A DNA stretch of 64,000 bases. It comes from Neodothiora populina (Eukaryota). The notes under the pieces were generated by a model. It made no database searches and was not told the origin of the DNA. It was given only the letters and a program-made list of their open reading frames with translations. The position numbers and the translations under genes were made by a program. The stretch is taken from positions 62,001 to 126,000 of the forward strand of contig NW_027191403.1 in assembly GCF_041146345.1 (NCBI RefSeq), in the 5' to 3' direction. Position 1 is the stretch's first letter, and every line of letters starts with the position of its first letter. Positions 51,026 through 63,389 of the stretch are shown one piece after another.

Positions 51026-53109
51026 ATGTTCCGGCTGCTCTCAAGGACGCCTCGAGCATCCAGTAGCATATCTGTCGCTGCTTTCCAGCCATTGACAAGC
51101 CCGTGTTGCCTGCCTTTTCGAGCCCGGCACCAGCGTCCGCGAACGCTATCTTATCGCCGTCGCAGCAGCAGCAGCAGCCCCACCATCACCACCACCACCG
51201 GCACCACCACATTATCACCACCACCTTCCGCCGTGAACCCTTTACTTACGACCACCCGACCACAGCTTCCCCATCGCCTCAGCGGCATCGAACCACCACA
51301 ACGACACTCAGTACGCAATTTGACCACATTCGAGAATCTTATTTCCCAGCAACAGCAGAGAAACATGGGTCTCGCGAATCACGAGTTGCCTCCTCCGCCG
51401 GAGGGCAAGTACCCCGCCAAGGACCATGCCAGGAAAGTCGCCCATTTCATTCGTGATGATGCGAAAAATGGGGAGGGGGTGATTTACCTCGAGGCTCAGA
51501 AGACGCATATGGTCGAGGTTTGTTTTGGTTATCTTCTGCTTCTTTCATTTATACATGTCGGCTGATTCGAGGGGGTTGTTGGTGCCGGTGTAATAGGATG
51601 ATGATCAGGCGCAGCATTTTCGGTGAGTTTTGACTCTTGTTTTGGTGTTTCGTGCAGATGTACTGTATTTTTCGAGTGACACACGTCGAGTGCACTGTTG
51701 TCGTCTTCAATCCTTTCCATGATACCTATTCTATACATCAGTATCCCTACAAATGGCCGTATACTCCATCTAGTTGCGAAGCTTTCACCAGAAGCGTACT
51801 CTAACAACATCACAGCCAACGCCGGTTCTTCTACTATCTTTCCGGCTGCAGTCTGCCCGACAGCTATGTCTGCTATGACATGAAAAAAGACCACCTTACT
51901 CTTTTCATTCCTGCCGTCGACCCGGAAGATGTCATCTGGTCTGGCATGCCACTAACCCCAAAGGAAGCCATGGAAAAGTACGACATTGATGACTGCCAAA
52001 CCTCTGACAAAGTGAATTCCTATCTTGCTTCTCCGGAGACCTCACACTCTACAGTCTACGCAATCCCAAAACAAATCGCCGACCACATCACTTTTCTCTC
52101 TTTCGAGAACAAGAATCTCGACACTCTCAGATCAGCCATCGAGACGTGTCGTGTGGTCAAGGACGACTTTGAGGTTGGTCTTATCCGCCATGCCAACGCC
52201 ATTACTTCGCACGCGCACACTGAGGTCATGAAGATGGTCAAGGAAGCACGCAACGAGCGCGAACTGATGGGCACTTTTATCGGTGCCTGTATCTCTAATG
52301 GCGGTCGCGAACAAGCCTACGGCTGCATCTGCGCGAGTGGCACAAATGCCGCCACTCTGCACTACGTTCACAACGACCTGTCTCTCAGCAACAAATACAA
52401 CCTCCTGATCGATGCCGGTTGCGAGTACGAATGTTACTGCTCCGACGTCACGCGCACCTATCCCCTTCGCGGCTCATTCACCAAAGAGAGCAAGCAGATC
52501 TACGACATCGTAGACGAGATGCAAACGCAATGCATGAGCATGCTCAAAGCCGGCGTCCGATGGGAAGACGTGCACGCACGCGCCCACGAAGTCGCCATCG
52601 ACGGTCTCCGCCGTCTCGGCATCCTCAAGGGAAGCGACAAGAAAGAAATCTTCGACAGCCGAGTCAGCACCATTTTCTTCCCGCACGGACTGGGCCACTA
52701 TCTAGGCATGGACACGCACGACTGCGGCGGCAACGCCAACTACGAAGACCCAGACCCCATGTTCAAATACCTGCGCGTGCGAGGCAGACTCCCCGCAGGC
52801 TCGGTCGTGACCAACGAGCCAGGCATCTACTTTTGTCGCTTCATCATCGAGCCCGCCCTCAAGGACGAAAAGTACGCGAAATACATCGACAAGACCGTGC
52901 TAGACAAGTACTGGGACGTCGGAGGCGTCAGGATCGAAGACGACATCTGGATCAAGGAAGACGGCTACGAGAATCTGACCACGGCGCCGAGGACGTGGGA
53001 GGAGGTCGAGGCGTTGATTAATGGCTGGGAGAGAGACGTCAGTGCCGAGGAGTCGCTCGGTCGTAGGCTGGCAGAGAGTGTGTTGCAGGGCATGAATCTC
53101 AAGTTTTAG
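51026..53109 (+). CDS. pepP: Xaa-Pro aminopeptidase/prolidase (M24B); alternative start 51365; introns 51518-51596, 51623-51815
   Basis: KYPAK.HA, FRQRRFFYYLSG, LHY, LIDAG.E...Y.SDVTRT, PHGLGHYLGMDTHD, TNEPGIYF and GGVRIED motifs. Confidence 0.93.
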
Positions 53110-53647
53110 TTCTTGAGATATTCCTCTCCGGTTTCTTCATCTATACAGGGAAATAACCGGATTTACTGAACCATTGCACCTTTGCACGACAAGATGTACG
53201 TTCCCAGGTCTATCGCATAGTGAACCGGATTTAAACTCTCGTAGAAAGCGACAAAAACATGACTAATAGATTAAAATTGCATGAAGACAATCGAACAGGA
53301 TTTCATTCCCGCATTTCATAAGCCTTGTGACAACGCTAAGAAGAAATAACAGGTGGGGGGGGGGGTATCTAACTAAACGATGCTAAACTACATGAATATA
53401 CCTCAGATCATAAGACGGCCAAGCACAAGAACGGCTTCGTGAAAACGTCATGGGTAAAGGGGAAAGGGCAATGTGACTGTGTGGTGACAAGACAGCGCAA
53501 GAAGCAGAAAACCAAAGAAAAAGGGAAAAACCAGGGACGGTGGGACAAGAAGACGCGAGCCAGCTCCAGCGTATATACATAGCCCACCATGACAACCGGC
53601 TGGAAAATCATCAACTGCACAATCACAGAAAAGAGAAGAAAACCCAC

Positions 53648-55825
53648 TCATCGCGCACTACTCTCGCCCCTCTGTCTCCTTCTTCTCCGTCTGCTCTCTC
53701 CCGCCTCAGACTCTCGACCGCGACTTCTATCGCGCGCCGACAGATCGCCATCATGGCCATATTCGTAGTCTGGGCTATGGCCATCATCAGCAGCATTGCT
53801 ATGACCCGTTGTAGAAAACCCGTCGTCGTTCTGACGGTGGAATAGGCCGAGATGTCGTCCGCTGACTGAGGGATGAGTATCGGCGGCGGCGGTCATTGCG
53901 TCTCTTCTCATTCGCTCGCGGACGCCTTGTTCTGCTGCTTGTTGTTTGCGGAGAGATGATTCGTAGGCTTCTCCGCCGCCGGATGGGGCTTCTTTTTTGT
54001 CGTCGCTGCGAGAGTCGTCTGCGGAGTCGACGTATGCTCGGCGACTGGTGCTCCCGCCGCCACCGGGCCCTGTTGCGTCGTCTGCGTGGCGCGTGCGATG
54101 CTGGTTGTAGAAAGGTGTGTAGTGCACTCTTGGCCTTGTCGGTCCGGCTGCTGTTGCTGCTGTTGAGCTGGCGGCTGTGTGGGTGGAGTGGGAACGCGAG
54201 GATGGTTTTTTCGCTTGTGGTGCTGGCGGCGGCGCTGTCGGCGGGGGTTGTGCTGATGTCGATTGATGGATTACTGTGTTATAGCGGTGTGACACAGAGC
54301 GAGGCTTGGGGGTCTTATTCACAGGATCTGAGGAAGAGGCCTGGGGCTGTGGTAGCCTCGAGGCACTCCTATTTGTGGTAGTCTGCTTTGCTATAGCAGG
54401 AGGCCTAGAGACAGCAGCGGGACCAGCGGGAGCAACTTGACTGCTTGGGCCAGGTGCAGACGGAGTAACACCTTGCTCCCCCCGTTCAGGGTAGTAGTAT
54501 CTAGTGACGGTCTTCGTAGACTTATTCCCGGCCTCCGATGACCGAGTAGATGGAGCAGCTTTGACGGCATGTGACCTGCTATCTGCAGAAAGACCACGAC
54601 GGTTGTGATCCGCATGATATCTGCCATCGCGATTGGCCCTCCGTGTTGTATTGCCAGCGTTGTCCGGACTGTGTCGACGTCCCCTCTGATCCGCGACACT
54701 TGGTGCTTTGCTTCCGCTCCGGCTTGGTACCGCTCTCGACGAAGCACGGGACGGACGCGGTGAACCGAAGACAGGCGGAAATGACGTCGGCGAAGAGGGA
54801 GAAGCTATACTGGTGCCTAGTGCCGAATCGAGCCCACGCTGTGAAAGTGAACCGGAGCTGGTTCCCGGTTTGTAAGGTGTCAAATGGCTAAGGCCAGTCG
54901 CAGAGGGAATTCCATTGGCAACGCTGGCCCGGCTGGAGGTGGACGGCGAGCGAGGAGTATACGTACCAACGGTAGCGCGATTGGAGGGTAAAGAAGACGA
55001 AGGAAATGCCCGACGGTCTAGTGGAGCCGAGCGAGGAGGTCCGGTATCCAGCCTCAGCTGTTTTGGTTCTGGACGGACTGCGACAGTCGATGTCTGTGCA
55101 GGAGCCTTACCTTTGCCCGAGCATGGCGGCAGAGCATGCGTGATCGATGGCGGCAAGTTAGGTCCGTTGGGCAGACGAGGCACAATCCGGTCTGGTGAAG
55201 GCGGTGGAGACGGGTCATAGCCAGAATCATTGGATCTATATGTCAAGAGACGTCGGGAAGTATATGGGAGCGCCTGGACTACCGGAGCGGATGTTGATTG
55301 CCCAGGCCTGACATCTTGAAGGATGCGATTAGGAGGCGGCATTGCCACTTGTATTGGCGCTGGTGCTGGGGCGGCTGCTGGGGCTGCTGCTGGAGCTGGA
55401 ACTGGTTGGACCCGGATCGTGTCTCGATAAAGGACAGCCGGGGTACCAGTGATCGGCCTTGCAAGCCGGGCTGGGCTCGTGTCTCCATGATGGATCGCAG
55501 AGATACCAGCATCTGGACTTCCAGGCTGCAGTCTACTCTCTCGCTTTGGCTTCGATCCGATGAGTTGGATATCTGGTCCTCCCCAATGAAACTTGAACTT
55601 GACCCCAGTGATACTTCTGCGCTCGTTGTGGACCACCGTAGGCTGGGCTCTCCGGTTTGGCCTCACGTCCTCTAGTATGGGTTCCTGTGGTACGGGTCTG
55701 GCCACGTGCTCGTACTTATAGTGGACCTTCTCACAACGGTTTCTGCTATCAGATTTGTCGCAGAGCTCCCACTTTTGGCCAGCCGGATGGTTGTCCGGGT
55801 AGATATAGTGAATCACAGTACACAT
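53648..55825 (-). CDS. Hypothetical Pro/Ser/Arg-rich low-complexity protein with N-terminal MC...H...C...C motif
   Basis: 725-aa uninterrupted ORF. The N-terminus MCTVIHYIYPDNH..WELC..RC resembles small Cys/His N-termini common in fungal disordered proteins. Confidence 0.65.
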   Translation of the reverse strand: MCTVIHYIYPDNHPAGQKWELCDKSDSRNRCEKVHYKYEHVARPVPQEPILEDVRPNRRAQPTVVHNERRSITGVKFKFHWGGPDIQLIGSKPKRESRLQPGSPDAGISAIHHGDTSPARLARPITGTPAVLYRDTIRVQPVPAPAAAPAAAPAPAPIQVAMPPPNRILQDVRPGQSTSAPVVQALPYTSRRLLTYRSNDSGYDPSPPPSPDRIVPRLPNGPNLPPSITHALPPCSGKGKAPAQTSTVAVRPEPKQLRLDTGPPRSAPLDRRAFPSSSLPSNRATVGTYTPRSPSTSSRASVANGIPSATGLSHLTPYKPGTSSGSLSQRGLDSALGTSIASPSSPTSFPPVFGSPRPSRASSRAVPSRSGSKAPSVADQRGRRHSPDNAGNTTRRANRDGRYHADHNRRGLSADSRSHAVKAAPSTRSSEAGNKSTKTVTRYYYPERGEQGVTPSAPGPSSQVAPAGPAAVSRPPAIAKQTTTNRSASRLPQPQASSSDPVNKTPKPRSVSHRYNTVIHQSTSAQPPPTAPPPAPQAKKPSSRSHSTHTAASSTAATAAGPTRPRVHYTPFYNQHRTRHADDATGPGGGGSTSRRAYVDSADDSRSDDKKEAPSGGGEAYESSLRKQQAAEQGVRERMRRDAMTAAADTHPSVSGRHLGLFHRQNDDGFSTTGHSNAADDGHSPDYEYGHDGDLSARDRSRGRESEAGESRRRRRRQRGESSAR

Positions 55826-57602
55826 AGTGAGTATCTAAGAATCGATGGTGAAAATGAGAAAAGAATATCTTGGGAGCCCAGGAGCCAGGAAACCTTGCAG
55901 GAGCTTTGGCTTAGGTTCGAACATCAACGAGAGTATGGACTGAACTTACTGGTTCTTCGGAAAGAAGCGTTCGTTGTGAACAAAGTGAGAGAAGCAGACC
56001 AAAGAAAAAGGGAATGAGGTGATATCTGCGTGGACAATAAAGCTGAGAACCAGTGACAATAGCGTCTGAGACAATTTGGCACAATGGTATAGCGTGGCGC
56101 GTGATGTGAATAGTGTTTTTCAAGGAGAGACACAAATCCAAAACGTTTCAAAGAAATGACAAGATGAAAGTGATCAAAGAAAAAAAAAAGGCAACAACTA
56201 TAAGAGCAACATCAGGCATGTGTACGTCGGCGCGCGACATGACATATGCGCGACGTCTTGTCTGCACATAATGGAGGCTGCAGCCTCATGTCATGATGCT
56301 GTACAGCTTGGCTGACCTGTGCCTCCGCCACTACGTGCATGCAAGGCATCCATGGGCAATGCCTTGTGGAAAACCAGGCAGTGCATGCCCTGCTAGTCAT
56401 TAGAAGCAACATGATTATAGAAGGTCGAAACACATTTTGGGGCCGTAGGATTTCGGCTTAGCGGGCTTGGATGCAGGGAGGGGCAGTCAAATTGAACGCC
56501 TTGAGAACGCAGATGCGGTAAATGGATAGTCAGGATGCTTCGGATGCTAGTTCACTGTACTGCGGACTGCCATACTGCACTTACTTCGCGACGGAAAAGG
56601 ACATCGTCGCAAACACGAAACACATTGAGCGGTGGAGCAGCGCGACGTGTATCCGGCGCGGCTGACAATATGGCTTAATCAGATGTCGCGTTTCGGCGTT
56701 GGAGGGAATGCAATCATGGTCAGCAGGGGACCATCAGTTGCATATGGCAACATGCTTTTCATGATGGTGGAAATTTCGGGGTGTGCTGTTCTGTAATCGA
56801 GAGACGCTCATCGAAGTTTGCGCCTGGGAGGGTGTGGATGTGTCTGCAATAATACTGAGCAGGACGGGGCTGTGTCGTGGGGTCATTGCTAAATATGCAT
56901 GATACTCCCAACCTTGTTCAAGCCATCAATGCACAGATGAGACCAAAGTAGTTCTGTGAGTGTTCCACGCATCGTTGCAAGAAGACCATGGTGGTCAGCA
57001 GGGTGAGACGACATTGCGATCTCGTCGCGTACCTTGGATTAAGCGACGTCCTGGAGCAGGAGGCGCTCGTCAAAGTCTGGCTGTCCCGCGTTGTGAGATG
57101 CCTGCACACAAGGCAATGGATGTCTACAGGAGGGAGAAAGGCTATACGCACGAATTTGGTCGTCTCACGGTCGCATACCTTGCACCATCACGCACATTCA
57201 TTGACACTTGACAAGTCTGCGATTAAATGTGCCGGACATCCGGATCATCATACTGGTATATGGCGACACGCACTCCGAAACAGGGCTACAGATAGATCCC
57301 TCATGCAAAATCATAGACCGGTAAAAACCAGGCATTCCTGCTACCATTGGCCCAATGACAACCGATAGCGACCCTCCACAGGCGGAGCCAAATCCAAGCT
57401 CCCTCTTCATGATTCGTTCAGTATCTGCGCGCAGTACGACAGACCGCGGCAGTGCCTGGCTAAGGTTGTATGCATAAAAATGCGCCAGATTTTACCCAAG
57501 TCCTTTCGTAAAACATTCGTTACATGGCCGCTGACAGAAGAGCGGCTTGATCATAACGCGAAATATGCATGTGTAGTCTCCACACCGCTGCGACAGCTGC
57601 GT

Positions 57603-58580
57603 CTACGCGGCCGTGATTTCACCCATCCTTTGTAGGTGTGAAGGCAGCCTCATTTTGAAGCCTTCGTTCAAGCCTTTGCGCAAGGACAAGCCTTGCCGAG
57701 TAGTCTGTTGCAGCTGCCACATGCGGGCTTGCAGCTCTTCAGCTCGCACAAATAGATTGAAGTCGAGGAGGAAGCAAAGGCTGATCTCGATCCGAGCCAG
57801 CTCGTGCAGAGCAATACCGCCCACCTTTGCTACCCGCTCCTGCGGCCACTTGTTGTCTTCCAACGTCTTGCTTGCCACGCGAATTGTCGCCAGACACAAT
57901 CGGTGCACCGTCCGTGCAGTCGCAGGCACTAGAGTCTCCGTGACGCAGACGCGATGTATCCAGGCGGCCGCTGTCAGATACACTCCTGGAGAGTGCGGGC
58001 AGTACTTGTGCAAGCGCTGGAGGTAATCCGACAAGCTGAACGGTGGAGCGGATTTGAGAAAGAAGCGTCGCGCTATCGCAGCATACTGGATGGTCATGGC
58101 ATCTGCATGCGCATGGGCAGCGACTTCTTCAATGGTAGGCATGGGTTCGTCTCGTTGGGCTTCCGGCGAACCTATTAGACACGAGGGGAATGAATGTGTT
58201 GGTGTTGCTGACGGCGACACAGGCGACTCTGGCGACGAGAGTGAAGATGCCACAGGACCTGCTTCGAGCCCATCCGGAACTGATGTCGGAGGTTTAGGTG
58301 TGGGTGGTCGTGTTATCGGAGGTGTCGGCGGCACCTCACCTGTGATGACCGACAAGGATTGCACAACATGAACAAGCATCATAAGTGCGCTGTTCGCTGA
58401 AATGGAGGCGATATCCCATACACCACTTTCGAGCATTAATGGTTCGTCCGTTTGCTTGCTCTGGCCAGTTGTGACATCTTGAGGTCTCAGCTTAGTGTCA
58501 TGGCTGGGGTCAGGCGCACGAGGCAGAGACGCAATACGATCTCCTGCATCACCGTGATGGTGGTTGCGCTGGTCAGACAT
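57603..58580 (-). CDS. PHO80/PCL-family cyclin
   Basis: PPFSLSDYLQRLHKYC, TVHRL.L...RVASK.LED, AKVGG, and EL.R.E..L.FLLDF motifs. Confidence 0.9.
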   Translation of the reverse strand: MSDQRNHHHGDAGDRIASLPRAPDPSHDTKLRPQDVTTGQSKQTDEPLMLESGVWDIASISANSALMMLVHVVQSLSVITGEVPPTPPITRPPTPKPPTSVPDGLEAGPVASSLSSPESPVSPSATPTHSFPSCLIGSPEAQRDEPMPTIEEVAAHAHADAMTIQYAAIARRFFLKSAPPFSLSDYLQRLHKYCPHSPGVYLTAAAWIHRVCVTETLVPATARTVHRLCLATIRVASKTLEDNKWPQERVAKVGGIALHELARIEISLCFLLDFNLFVRAEELQARMWQLQQTTRQGLSLRKGLNEGFKMRLPSHLQRMGEITAA

Positions 58581-59899
58581 CGAAATGTCAAGTCAACGAC
58601 TGCGACAGTTCACCCTCTACTGAGTGCGAAATCCGATTCTTCCAGTCGCCTATCGTTGTCTAGTATGAGATACACAAGAAGAAGAAAATTAAGGTAATGA
58701 CGGTTGCTTGTATTTGACCGTCTATACGCCGGAGGGTTATGTCACATTTGCGGAAGACCTTCGAGGTCCGTTGTTTCTGTCCTGTTGTGGCGAGTGCATG
58801 CTAGGCAGATACCGCGGTGTGCAATATTCTACACGCAGGCGCATGACCCTTTGCCGGCTTGGTCTGGATTGAGACGGTGTGAACAGGAAAGGGGAGCTTT
58901 AAGTCGGCTTGGAACAAAATGATGAGATAGCGGAACGGGTGTGCGGGAGATTGGCCAAAGACAAGTTCCCCACTTCGACCCTATTAAGAGTGTTGAAGCA
59001 GCGCCAAAGCAGCATGCAAAAGCACCCAAGCGATCCTTGAGCTCTTTTCCCACTGGCGGCGGCAGCGCAAGTTCGATGCGCAAATGGAGCCCAAAGATTT
59101 CCCCCAGATCTCCCGTCTCCGTCACCAGACGATGCGTGACTAACTCCGCATGCCACTGGAGTCCTGTGGATCCTTGTTGCTTTGGATGCGCACCAGATTT
59201 GCAAGGAGAGGCAAGATACGCGATACTCAGACAGAGAAGTACGGTACCGCATACAGGTAGCGTATTCTGTACAATAAGATACTGTACAATAAAAGCTCCA
59301 TACCTCCAAGACACTTACGTCGTCTGGCACCTCGACATGATCTCGACCCAAGAGATCTTCATAGAACTGCCAGGCGAGCCTTCGTCGAGCCGGTCGGAAA
59401 TGAGACCGCACTAGCGTTTCTGCAACGTTCGCTTCGGTGGAAGCTACAGTACCTACCTTAGGTATCCAAGTTCAGTGCAGCTGCACGAGACGGTGCAATG
59501 TTGGAGTAGGTGGATGCCTGCATGGGCCGTTCCGCTCGAGCACCATTGCCGCATGGTTGCTTGCGAAACACAAAAGACCCCGCGCTTGAGCCTCATGCGC
59601 AGCAGAGGACGGTGAACCTCCGAAAGACTGTCTATCAGGATATCGCATGCAGCAAACTCAAAGCTCTGGATACTGTATGTTTATTTCCAGCGGTTCGAGG
59701 CAAGCTTTGAGCACGACTGGCGATTGCGTCTCTTCAATAAGCTCTTTCATGCGTGCAGAACTCGCTGTAGATATAATAAAATAGGCAACCACCAATGGCA
59801 GCCCGCCGCACAACTGACTACCCGAGTCGGGCGTCAATACGGAGAACCCCCCGCCATCTTCTCCTCAAGCCTCATTGCTTGCGCATGTTCGGTCCGCAA

Positions 59900-60781
59900 T
59901 CAGTATAAACCTGGCAGCAGAGCATAAGGAACTTTTTTCTTGACCTGCTCAAATTGATCACCATACTGTAGGAATAATTAGTGGAAGACCCTGCGTTCTG
60001 CACAGACATGAGAGATCAAGCTTACCTTTTCCCCCAAATACGTCTCGAGGTAAGGCACGGCGCGATTGGCGAAATCGCCGAACAGAAACATTCCCACACC
60101 AAGACCCCATGGCAGACCAGCACAGATAATGCTATAACCTACCCGCCAGATCGTATATCCACCGTAGTTGATATTTCTGGCTAGTCCGAAAAGGCCATTT
60201 GCATAGAGTCTACCCTTGTTGGCGGGATCCTGCTTGAATCGCTTACGCTGTATTTCGCACCACCACTCCACAATAATGCCAGTGGCGTAGAGAGCTACTC
60301 CGACAGGTATGCTCGATACATGAGGAGCAGATATCAGAAGCTCGATCCGAGTGGCTGCGCCTGAGTAGTTCGAGGAAAAGGCCCACAGCGAAAGTAAGGT
60401 ATTGATCGTGTTTAGTAACGTATTGTAAACCGCGATCGTTGTCGAAAATCCAGGCTCGAATGCATTGTCGCATATGAACAGACACCAGTATATCTGTTTT
60501 GCTGCAGCGCCTACGGCCAAAGTCCAGATGAGTGAGTGATAGAGCGACAAGCCAAGGACAGTTGTATTCAATGTAGTCCCTGAACCTGGCGCAATCGCTG
60601 TGCCGCCTAGCTTACGAACGATACCTGTTCCCAAAGTCGAATGGAGCAGATGATATTGTAAGGGCAAATCCAATAGTCGCAGAATACAAAAGATTACATT
60701 GCCGCTTGTCGAGATCTCTTTGCGTCTTGTATCATTGAACCATTTCGGCAATTGAGCTGGTTTGTCCCTCTCAGAAGCCAT
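59900..60781 (-). CDS. DUF1295 / steroid 5-alpha-reductase C-terminal-like membrane protein (intron 59966-60025)
   Basis: Multiple TM helices, E.QRK.FK.DP.NKG, GLF..ARNINYGG, and a terminal exon YGDQF..VK..VPY.LLPG.Y. Confidence 0.85.
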
Positions 60782-61488
60782 GCCTGTTAGCTGAATGACC
60801 AAGAATCGTTGAAATGTTGCACGCGACGATCGTGATGACTGAGTCTATATTCGAAGTATTTTGATTTGTGTAGTATGTATATAGTTTGACACGTTATGTT
60901 GTGCATCGCCTGTCATTGCGGCCGAGTTCACAGCGTGTGTTGACGGTAACAGCCTGAGTTTACCCCTCTTTCTCCGAATGATCCTTGTTACTTGCATGCG
61001 AATCTAAGCAACCCGACTACACGAGATACTCGTATCGAGAGTTTTTATGTTAAGTTGCTCGTAGATTATAGATGATTGGTGATCGTGTAATAGACTTGGT
61101 GGAACTCGGTATCTAACCAGCAGCGTCTTCTGTGCGTCTCATACTTCATTCATTCATTAAGCATGCATTTTTGACTCAATGCTGTACCCCAAGTATTTAT
61201 ACGGTGCGATCCCAATTGTAAGCCATGTCAATTGACATGAAGCTGCGAACTGGAATTGGAGGTCCTACGTGTGGGAATTAGGCATGCTTTGCGTCTAAGG
61301 ATCCACATCGCAAGTGAAGTAGCAGCCTGGCGGAACGTAATTGCTGTGCCGGCTTGTCGCGACGTGTCAATCTGCGATCCTCTCAAACGTTCAAGACATC
61401 ATCCCATCCTTATAGCCGCTCTTCCCCCCAAACTCAGTAGCAATCATATGTGTACATAGTGCTTTACATTACAGAGCATAGGTGGAAG

Positions 61489-62865
61489 ATGACAACCGAT
61501 ATACTCGCGGAGATTCGTGGTCTTGGTCCTGTCCAGTGCGGGGCAGAGGCAGCGAAACATTTCGCGTTTGCGGATGGCTACAGGAATCTGAACCACGGTG
61601 AGTTGTGACTCGCAGAAGGTTGACACAGCAAGACTGACCTATGTTCCGAAGGCTCGTACGGAACCTACCCAGTCGAGGTTCGATCGGTTCTACGCCGATA
61701 TCAAGAAAAAGTAGAAGCAGCACCGGATACATTTGTTCGATATGAATATCGCACGCATCTTCTCGATAGATCTAGGAAGGCTATTGCGGACTATATGCGT
61801 GCCCCAGTGGACACTTGTGTCCTTGTTCCCAACACATCGACCGGGATTGATACGATTCTTCGTAACCTAACCTTCGGTCCAGCCGATGTTATTGTTTGCT
61901 TCTCTACTATATACGGTGCATTTCGCAATACCGTTCAGTACCTGACCGAAACCACTACAGTAAGCGTAAAAGAAGTCAAATGCACATATCCCACCTCGGA
62001 CGATTATATCTGCGACGCCTTTGAAGCAGCCTTGAAAGTTATAGCGGCCGAAGGCAAGGTGGCAAAGGTCGCACTATTTGACACTATTGTCTCAGTACCT
62101 GGGGTTTGTATGCCCTTCGAGCAATTGACTAAAATCTGTCGTACTCACAAGGTACTCTCTTGTATCGACGGAGCTCACGGCGTTGGTCACATACCTCTTC
62201 GCCTTCAAGAGCTGGATCCAGACTTTTTCGTGAGCAATTGTCACAAATGGCTATATGTACCTAGAAGTTGCGCTGTGCTCTACGTGCCCATCCGTAATCA
62301 GCATCTTCTCAGAGCTACACTGCCCACGGGGTTTGGCTTTTGTCGAAAATTGGAAAGTCATCAGAACTCGGCATTCAACAATTTTGTTGAGAACTTTGCT
62401 TCCTTAGGCACACTGGACGATACGCCTTATCTTTGTATTCCGGCGGCTTTGGAATGGAGGGAAGCCATAGTTTGGGATGAAAAAAGTGGCGAAGAGGCGA
62501 TCAGAGGATACATCAATTCACTCGCCCGAGAAGGTGGACAAGCTGTCGCCGACATTCTTGGGACGACTGTCCTCGAGTGCGACCCAGCGGCGTTGGGAGT
62601 GTGCTGCATGACGAATGTTCGCTTACCACTCGACCTCGTGAGGCTCATAGCGGAAGATACAAAACGGTCCGACGACATCTGCCATTGGATCATGAGAGCC
62701 ATGAGTATGAGACATCAGATCGCTGTCTATGCCTATGAACATGCGGGCGTACTATGGGTGCGGCTGAGTGCGCAGATATATCTTGGGCTACAAGATTTTG
62801 AAATAGCGGGAGAAGTATTGAAGGAACTTTGTGTAGAAGTCGCCTACTGTAAGTGGGTTAAGTAG
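61489..62865 (+). CDS. PLP-dependent class V aminotransferase-fold lyase, Egt2 (hercynylcysteine sulfoxide lyase)/LolT-like (intron 61598-61651)
   Basis: NLNHG-SYGTYP, VPN..TG, DGAHGVG, SNCHKW (PLP lysine), GT.D and RLSAQIY motifs. Confidence 0.88.
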
Positions 62866-63389
62866 TAAATTAAGCGGATAGCACTCTACTTGCAAGCTCG
62901 CTCAGCGATACTAGTGTTTGTTGACTCAGGTGAGCATATACACAAACGTAGACTGAGATGTATTGTGACAATAGAGTTTTTAATGACTACGAAAGCAGCT
63001 ACAAGTCCGATTCATGCATCGCGCGGCAGCTGCTTCGATTTTTGACCATACCCTTTGAATTGCTAGAAATTATGCAAATGGCATATTTATCTCCTTGTCC
63101 TTCGGAAATGTGTGGAAGACGTGAAACGTGATATGGACCTCCATATCCTGTGGGGCAGGAAATCCCCACCAGAACATCAGGTATAGTCAGTCCACGCGCG
63201 GTGATCTCGCTCTCACTGGCCAATCGACTCAGCCTGCATTAGATAACAATTCATCAGCGCAATAGATTGATCAAGCTGCGGGATTCTCCATGGCGTCCAG
63301 TCATTCTATAAGGACCACGCATCGCAGATATGCCTCTATCTACAATGCTGTTTTTACTGCGACCGCGTGATTTTGATAATTTCTAGAGA

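Noticed and set aside
58829..59414. Three overlapping 157-170 aa ORFs upstream of the cyclin
   Set aside because: No recognisable motif or codon bias. More likely the cyclin promoter or long leader.
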